This document shows positions 58,696 to 64,000 of a stretch of DNA of 64,000 nucleotides, in pieces. Position numbers and translations under genes: made by a program. Source of the DNA: Coprothermobacterota bacterium (lineage in GTDB: Bacteria; Coprothermobacterota; HKB111); contig JBBIUB010000002.1 in NCBI GenBank assembly GCA_037440465.1, positions 9,705 through 73,704 on the forward strand, written 5' to 3'. The first letter of the stretch is position 1. Each line of letters starts with the position of its first letter. Below the pieces are notes generated by a model. The model had not been told where the DNA came from. It searched no databases and saw only the letters and a list, made by a program, of their open reading frames with translations.

Positions 58696-59676
58696 TTATT
58701 GTTTAGGAGGTGGTAATTCAAGAAGATAGACCGTCACATATCTTCTACCAAATTTTTTCAATTCAGAGAGAGAGTTAAAGAAGAATAAATCAATTCTATT
58801 TCCCTTTATTAATCTCCCCGTATCAGCAGCAATTGCATAACCATAATTTTCAACATAAAGTTTACTACCAAGTGGTATCACCTTTGGGTCAACTGCTACG
58901 AGACCATAACGGACTCTTTTCCCTGATGCTGTTATCCAGCTGGGGACATGGCGATCAACAGTAGGTGGTCCATAAGCAGTAGCTAACATATCAAATTCCC
59001 GTAAATGTCCACCTCTAAAAACCGCAACACCATCAGCATAAATCTTGGGTTTTGGTGGAGTAATTATTTTCTCTGATATTATCTGTTCTTCTGATAATTT
59101 ACCTTCAATATATACTTTTCTGATAACCAATTCTTTTACTCCAGCTCGCCCTAAATCCCAAACTACAGTTTTACCTTTTTCTACTTCAGGATTAACAATA
59201 TATTTATGAGGAATTGAAATTGTTTTTTTAACAGTTACATATTGTTCTTCTACTCTAAAAATAGAAATATTATTTATTTTTGAACTTGAAAGTTTGGTAT
59301 CAAGACTCGGGGTAACTTTATCTAAAGGTTTGATAACTAACCCCATAGACTCTATGGTATCTTCCACTGTTTTTTCTTGCGTAAAAAAAGACAGTCGCTT
59401 TCCATCTACCTGTATATAAACGAATGGAAGTTTATTTTTTGAAGCGAGTATTACCCCACCAAGTTCTTCAATGTTATGACCTGAAAGTCTGTAATTTTCT
59501 ATAATTTTATCTCTACTACCAACTCTATAGCTCAATACTATTTTCCCAGCATCATCAATACAAGCAAATATAAAAGAGTACCGGGTGTAAAGAAATAACA
59601 TTAGAACGACAATAGAAAAATAAACAATAGCTAATATGTTTGCTTTCAGGGTTTTCTTATTAAAACCTTCAGCCAT
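58696..59676 (-). CDS. 3D domain (RlpA/MltA-like double-psi beta-barrel) protein with N-terminal membrane anchor (YabE/YoaR-like)
   Basis: N-terminal TM; C-terminal 3D-domain region AVDPKVIPLGSKLYVENYGYAIAADTGRLIKGNRIDLFF. Confidence 0.65.
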   Translation of the reverse strand: MAEGFNKKTLKANILAIVYFSIVVLMLFLYTRYSFIFACIDDAGKIVLSYRVGSRDKIIENYRLSGHNIEELGGVILASKNKLPFVYIQVDGKRLSFFTQEKTVEDTIESMGLVIKPLDKVTPSLDTKLSSSKINNISIFRVEEQYVTVKKTISIPHKYIVNPEVEKGKTVVWDLGRAGVKELVIRKVYIEGKLSEEQIISEKIITPPKPKIYADGVAVFRGGHLREFDMLATAYGPPTVDRHVPSWITASGKRVRYGLVAVDPKVIPLGSKLYVENYGYAIAADTGRLIKGNRIDLFFFNSLSELKKFGRRYVTVYLLELPPPKQ

Positions 59677-59799
59677 GCGATAATTTTAACACCTTTTTAA
59701 AACAAAGTCAAGCAGTAAAAAATATTCTGTATATCATATTTATTAAAATTATTGATTATGTTAGAAACATATTTATTAACAACCTTACAAAAAGTTAAG

Positions 59800-61686
59800 T
59801 CAGGACAGTTTTTTATTGAGTTCTGATTTAGGAAAAATTTTTACTGCTTTATACACTTCAGGACACACTTCTAGACAATTTCCACATTTACTGCACTTAG
59901 TTTGGTTAATTTCTTTTATTCCTCTATCATTTGTAAAAATAGATTTTGTAGGACATTTGAGAACGCAATGTTCACAACCACGATAACATTTTTCAGGGAT
60001 TATGTAGTAAAAAATCAGATCTCTGCAAACAAGAGCAGGACACCGTTGTTCAAGGATATGAGCTTCATATTCACTCCTAAAATACTTTAGGGTAGTTAAA
60101 ACTGGGTTTGGTGCTGTCTTCCCCAGCCCACACAAAGAACCATCTTTTATATCATCTGCAAGAATATTTAAAACATTAAGATCATCAAGGGTAGCTTCGC
60201 CTTTAGAAATCCCTTCCAGAATATAATACATCTGGCTAAGTCCAACCCTGCAAAAAGAACATTTGCCACAACTTTCATTCTTCAGAAATTTAAGAAAATA
60301 TTTAGCTACATCAACCATACAAGTCTCTTCGTCCATTACTATTAGACCACCAGAACCAAGCATAGAACCAAAAACTTGGAGGGAATCAAAATCTACAGGA
60401 GTATCAATATATTCAGAAGGTATGCAACCACCTGAAGGACCTCCAATTTGAACACCCTTTAGTCTCTTCCCTTCTCTAACTCCACCACCAAGGTAGTAAA
60501 CTACTTCTCTAAGGGTCGTTCCCATCTCGACTTCTACAAGCCCTGGGTTAGCAACCTTCCCTGCAAGAGAAAAAACCGCTGTTCCCTTGCTATTCTGAGT
60601 CCCCATACTCGAAAACCATTCCGCTCCATTAGAGATTATGGAAGGGATGCATGAAAAAGTTTTAACATTGTTTATTAAAGTTGGTTCACCAAAGAGACCA
60701 AATTCTGCAGAACGAGGAGGTTTTACTCTTGGCATAGGTCTTTTTCCTTCAATAGAAGAAATGAGAGCGGATGATTCACCACAAACAAAAGCACCACCAC
60801 CGGGTATTATTTCTATGTCAAAATCAAAACCACTTTCCAGTATATCTTTTCCCAATAGAACATTGTTTCTTGCCTGTTCAATTGCAACTTTAAAGCGGTG
60901 AATTGCCAGGGGGTATTCAAGTCTAATGTAGATGTACCCCTTACTTGCCCTTAAAGCATAAGCAGATATGACCATACCTTCAATAACTTGATGAGGACAA
61001 CTCTCTAAAACTACTCTGTCCATAAAAGCACCAGGATCACCTTCATCAGCATTACAGATTACATTTCTATTTTTCCCAGGAGCTTTTAGTGAAGCTTCCA
61101 TCTTTACCCCTGTTGGAAACCCAGCTCCTCCTAACCCTCTAAGATGTGAGTTTTTTATCTCTCTTATTACCTCTTCCTGCCTCATATTAAATGCTTTACT
61201 CAAACCTTCGTAGCCACCCAGAGCAATATATGAATAGATACTTTCTGGTTCTATATAACCAGCATATCTTAAGATAATTCTTTTTTCCAAATCAAATCGT
61301 TCAAGCTCTGGAATATATGGAGGTGTAGCTACTCCCCCTTCTAAAGTACCCAAAACTAAATCAAAACAGAGATCATCTTCCTGAAGATATTGGCGTACAA
61401 GGCGTGGTACATCTTCTTCTGAAATATTTTTATAGACAATAGACGGGTTGTCTCCCTTTGATATAACTACTAATGGCTCAGCATAACATAAACCCAGGCA
61501 ACCTACCTGAAGAACCTCTGCTTCTATATTACTTTTTTCTAATTCGTCCTTAAAAGTAGCAATAACCTCTCTGGCTCCTACTGCCACGCCACAGGTTGCT
61601 GCGCCAACGAGAATCCTGGTGTTTTTATTATTTTTATGAATTAACCATTTTTCCTGAGCCAAGCTCTTAAGTTGAGGATATTTCAT
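59800..61686 (-). CDS. NADH-binding flavoprotein subunit, NuoF/HydB/HndC type
   Basis: 628 aa. N-terminal thioredoxin-like 2Fe-2S domain, a NuoF core (GLRGLGGAGFPTGVKM FMN site; ADEGDPGAFMDR NAD site), and two C-terminal CxxCxxCxxxCP motifs. Confidence 0.85.
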   Translation of the reverse strand: MKYPQLKSLAQEKWLIHKNNKNTRILVGAATCGVAVGAREVIATFKDELEKSNIEAEVLQVGCLGLCYAEPLVVISKGDNPSIVYKNISEEDVPRLVRQYLQEDDLCFDLVLGTLEGGVATPPYIPELERFDLEKRIILRYAGYIEPESIYSYIALGGYEGLSKAFNMRQEEVIREIKNSHLRGLGGAGFPTGVKMEASLKAPGKNRNVICNADEGDPGAFMDRVVLESCPHQVIEGMVISAYALRASKGYIYIRLEYPLAIHRFKVAIEQARNNVLLGKDILESGFDFDIEIIPGGGAFVCGESSALISSIEGKRPMPRVKPPRSAEFGLFGEPTLINNVKTFSCIPSIISNGAEWFSSMGTQNSKGTAVFSLAGKVANPGLVEVEMGTTLREVVYYLGGGVREGKRLKGVQIGGPSGGCIPSEYIDTPVDFDSLQVFGSMLGSGGLIVMDEETCMVDVAKYFLKFLKNESCGKCSFCRVGLSQMYYILEGISKGEATLDDLNVLNILADDIKDGSLCGLGKTAPNPVLTTLKYFRSEYEAHILEQRCPALVCRDLIFYYIIPEKCYRGCEHCVLKCPTKSIFTNDRGIKEINQTKCSKCGNCLEVCPEVYKAVKIFPKSELNKKLS

Positions 61687-62125
61687 CTTTTAAGTTAACA
61701 AGTACTTCTTCTACTTTGCCTGGGCTCATACGGGGGTAAAGATCACCCTTAATATCAACTACTGGAGCTTTAGTACAACATCCAAAGCAAGCAGCATGAT
61801 CCAGACCGAAAACTTTATCTTCAGCAACTTCTCCTGTCTTTATATTTAGCTCTCTTTCAAAAGCTTCTAATATAAGCTGCCCACCAGCTAAATGACAAGC
61901 TGTACCCAAACAAACTGTTACAGGGTATAAACCCTGGGGTTTACTCCTGAAACGCTTATAAAAGGTTACAGCTCCGAAAACATCTGAAGCTGCGATACCA
62001 AGAAAATCAGCCAGCCTGAGCATATTCTCAGTTGAAATATAGCCCAGGCTGTTCTGAATATCCTGAAGAATAAGGATCAGGTTCTTTCTGTCCTTTTTAT
62101 ATCCTTTAAAAATTTCTTCAAGCAA
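61667..62125 (-). CDS. NuoE/HydC-type thioredoxin-like [2Fe-2S] ferredoxin subunit
   Basis: 152 aa; CLGTACHLAG and CFGCCTKAP cysteine motifs. Confidence 0.85.
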   Translation of the reverse strand: MLEEIFKGYKKDRKNLILILQDIQNSLGYISTENMLRLADFLGIAASDVFGAVTFYKRFRSKPQGLYPVTVCLGTACHLAGGQLILEAFERELNIKTGEVAEDKVFGLDHAACFGCCTKAPVVDIKGDLYPRMSPGKVEEVLVNLKDEISST

Positions 62126-62132
62126 TTATACC

Positions 62133-63497
62133 CTATCTTCTCCACTTCTCTATCATCCTGGGGAGGAAGGTAGGTATGTCTTCTGCTGCTTTGGGACCAA
62201 CTATAACTTCCCATCCTGGTAGCTCATCCTCTATTTCACCTTTGATTCTTGCTGCCAACCCAGGAATAATTAGTCTCTTTTTACTTACTTTCTCTTCAAT
62301 ACCACTTTTTTTAATAAATGGACCAATTGTCTCCCCGATGAATTTTCCAGTAGACCAGGCAGCCAATACACAAAGCCCATCAACTCCCTTCACGCATAGA
62401 TATGCTGGAATCCTACTTCCTTCAACTTCTCCTGCCACTGCAAAGTAAGTTAGTGCAAAGTTTGTCGTAATCAAAACCGGAGAGTTTTCATCAGGAGTAC
62501 CTATCTCATAAACTTTTTCCTCCACAGCTAGTGGAACTCTTGGATCAGTATAAATGTTCTGCCTTTGAACTAAAAGAGGGTAGAGGGCATCTTGATCAAG
62601 GTCTTTAAGAACGATAATTGAGGCATATTTAACTACCAGGGCAGAAGCCAAAAGAGATTCCTCTTCTTTAGACTGTTTAGATAAAGGTAAAAGTGAGATA
62701 ATTGGGTAACCTAAAGGTCTGAAGGCATATTTAAGAGCTGCTCTTCTGATTAATGTATAATCTTGAATAGCTTCAATAAGGTTCTCGGGTTCTGTATCCA
62801 ACACCAACTCGGTTATACCAGATTCCTTCAACCTGATTGTTAGAGATATTACTTCATCTAAACCTTTTCCCTTAACAACTACCGGTGTTGGCTTATCTTT
62901 TAATCTTGGTAAAGCAACTTCAATATTCTCTTTATTTATGGAATATAAAAGTGGTCTCCAGTTAAATATCAGGTCTCTTGCTTCAAATAAAACTTCTATA
63001 TCATCACACATAAGAATTAATGGGAAACCTTCTTCAGCTATTCTCTTTACGAGGTTAAGGTATCTTTCCTTGTTACCACTCTCATGTTTTAACATTACAA
63101 GATCAGCTCTAAGCTTAAGTCCTACTCGTTCAAACTGGAACTCTTTAAGTTTATTAACTTTGCTATTAACAGAATCATCTGTTTCTTTATCAGAGATTAA
63201 CACAGCAATTCCTGGTTGACGATAAAAGGTTTTTTCATGTCTGAACATGACTTCTTCCTCGCCTATGCTTAGAACTTGCTCTCCATAGCCAAAAGCAACC
63301 AATTTTATAGGAGGAGCAATAACCTCAGCCAGCTCTTCCTTAACTTCAACTGGAAGATAAGGACATTTATCGACAGAAACACCGCCTCCAGCAAGTTTCA
63401 TGGCAAAAGCAAAACAGGTTGGATAGCCACATTCTTTACAATTTTTTTTCCCCCCATCGGGCAATATTTTTTGAATATCAGAGGCTTTTATAGGCAC
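62133..63497 (-). CDS. acsC: corrinoid iron-sulfur protein large subunit (acetyl-CoA synthase complex gamma subunit)
   Basis: 454 aa; N-terminal 4Fe-4S motif KNCKECGYPTCFAFAMKLAGGGVSVDKCPY, characteristic of AcsC/CdhE. Confidence 0.75.
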   Translation of the reverse strand: MPIKASDIQKILPDGGKKNCKECGYPTCFAFAMKLAGGGVSVDKCPYLPVEVKEELAEVIAPPIKLVAFGYGEQVLSIGEEEVMFRHEKTFYRQPGIAVLISDKETDDSVNSKVNKLKEFQFERVGLKLRADLVMLKHESGNKERYLNLVKRIAEEGFPLILMCDDIEVLFEARDLIFNWRPLLYSINKENIEVALPRLKDKPTPVVVKGKGLDEVISLTIRLKESGITELVLDTEPENLIEAIQDYTLIRRAALKYAFRPLGYPIISLLPLSKQSKEEESLLASALVVKYASIIVLKDLDQDALYPLLVQRQNIYTDPRVPLAVEEKVYEIGTPDENSPVLITTNFALTYFAVAGEVEGSRIPAYLCVKGVDGLCVLAAWSTGKFIGETIGPFIKKSGIEEKVSKKRLIIPGLAARIKGEIEDELPGWEVIVGPKAAEDIPTFLPRMIEKWRR

Positions 63498-63512
63498 TAC
63501 TTTCTCCTTTTT

Positions 63513-64000
63513 TTAAGCACCAGTTACCAATGGATGGCCAACTTTCTGTAAGAATTCAATTAGCTCATCAACATTAGAAACATCTTCTTCGGTAGCTATT
63601 TTTTCATAGAAGTCCTCAGGAATAGCATCCTTAACAGCATCTTTTATTGCTTTGGGTATCCAGACAACTCTCTTAACGCCACCATCTGTTTTTAAGAATT
63701 TGGGGGATCTAAGGTATGATATTGCCATACCTACATACCCTTCCTGCTGTCTTCCACCGCTGGCTTCTCCAGCCATGGAAGAGAAAGGATTGCCTATAAC
63801 TGTTTCACCAGCATAGTCACGATGCACTATTCCAAAACCATCAACTTCAGGAATATAGAAGCATATAGCCTGGAAACAACCGCAAGAAGTATGGGGGTTT
63901 TCAAGGGCGCTGTGCAGACAGAACACTGAATTTGTACCAAGTGATTTCTCTGCCACCACCTCATTTACACCACTGTAAATGAACTTTTCGGGATCTAGAA
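63513..64000 (-). CDS. acsB: acetyl-CoA synthase (ACS alpha / CdhC) C-terminal part; gene continues beyond the window end
   Basis: Reading frame is open to the window edge (the ORF-track start is only a GTG). Contains SCGCFQAI, matching the Cys-Gly-Cys A-cluster ligand motif about 120 residues from the C-terminus. Confidence 0.65.
   Translation of the reverse strand, partial: LDPEKFIYSGVNEVVAEKSLGTNSVFCLHSALENPHTSCGCFQAICFYIPEVDGFGIVHRDYAGETVIGNPFSSMAGEASGGRQQEGYVGMAISYLRSPKFLKTDGGVKRVVWIPKAIKDAVKDAIPEDFYEKIATEEDVSNVDELIEFLQKVGHPLVTGA

Noticed and set aside
63276-63551. 91-aa plus-strand ORF
   Set aside because: Antisense to the acsC N-terminus and the acsC/acsB junction.
1-64000. CRISPR arrays or prophage
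   Set aside because: No regularly spaced direct repeats with unique spacers. No capsid, terminase or integrase genes. The only mobile-element signal is the transposase remnant at 52.2 to 52.6 kb.

Overview
This 64-kb window comes from a low-GC anaerobic bacterium, Firmicutes-like or from a candidate phylum. Rnf, acetyl-CoA synthase/CFeSP, HydBC-like flavoproteins and xanthine dehydrogenase point to an energy-limited fermenter or acetogen. Nearly all genes lie on the minus strand in long, translationally coupled arrays.

Housekeeping content:
- One very tight array (about 14.4 kb to 0.3 kb) runs from a GT2 glycosyltransferase and valS through a sensory [FeFe]-hydrogenase-like regulatory module (2x DRTGG, CBS-GHKL kinase, Hfs-like hydrogenase homolog, PHP phosphoesterase), then rnfCDGEAB, then an AmmeMemoRadiSam trio, then a partial apbE.
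- A second conserved block is rpsB-tsf-pyrH-frr-cdsA-rseP-ispG, lacking uppS and dxr.
- Also present: rplU-prp-rpmA, panB, and eight tRNAs in three clusters (Glu/Met/Asn, Leu/Cys, Gly/Phe).

Accessory content, 26 to 59 kb:
- A purine-catabolism island: xdhC-family accessory protein, mocA, NCS2 permease, three-subunit xanthine dehydrogenase, a cyclase, FdrA/DUF1116/DUF2877 homologs of oxamate carbamoyltransferase AllFGH, a CN-hydrolase and a CaiB-type CoA-transferase.
- An orphan Lon-related AAA+ protease overlapping convergently with an eRF1/Pelota-like baeRF protein that carries a zinc ribbon. This is the most unusual pairing here and is a candidate undescribed ribosome-rescue/proteolysis or conflict module.
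- Two MdlAB-type ABC exporters, a CDF transporter, an M55 peptidase, and two paralogous SAM methyltransferases 24 kb apart.
- A tRNA-associated scar containing an IS481/IS3-type transposase pseudogene, yjbQ, small unknown proteins and an iron-ADH pseudogene.
- rpsU, which is missing from the ORF track.
- At the 3' edge, acsB (partial) and acsC next to NuoEF-like (HydBC-type) flavoprotein genes.

A short dispersed TTCAAGG-type repeat family is present at three loci. No CRISPR arrays, prophage structural genes or other BREX components were found.
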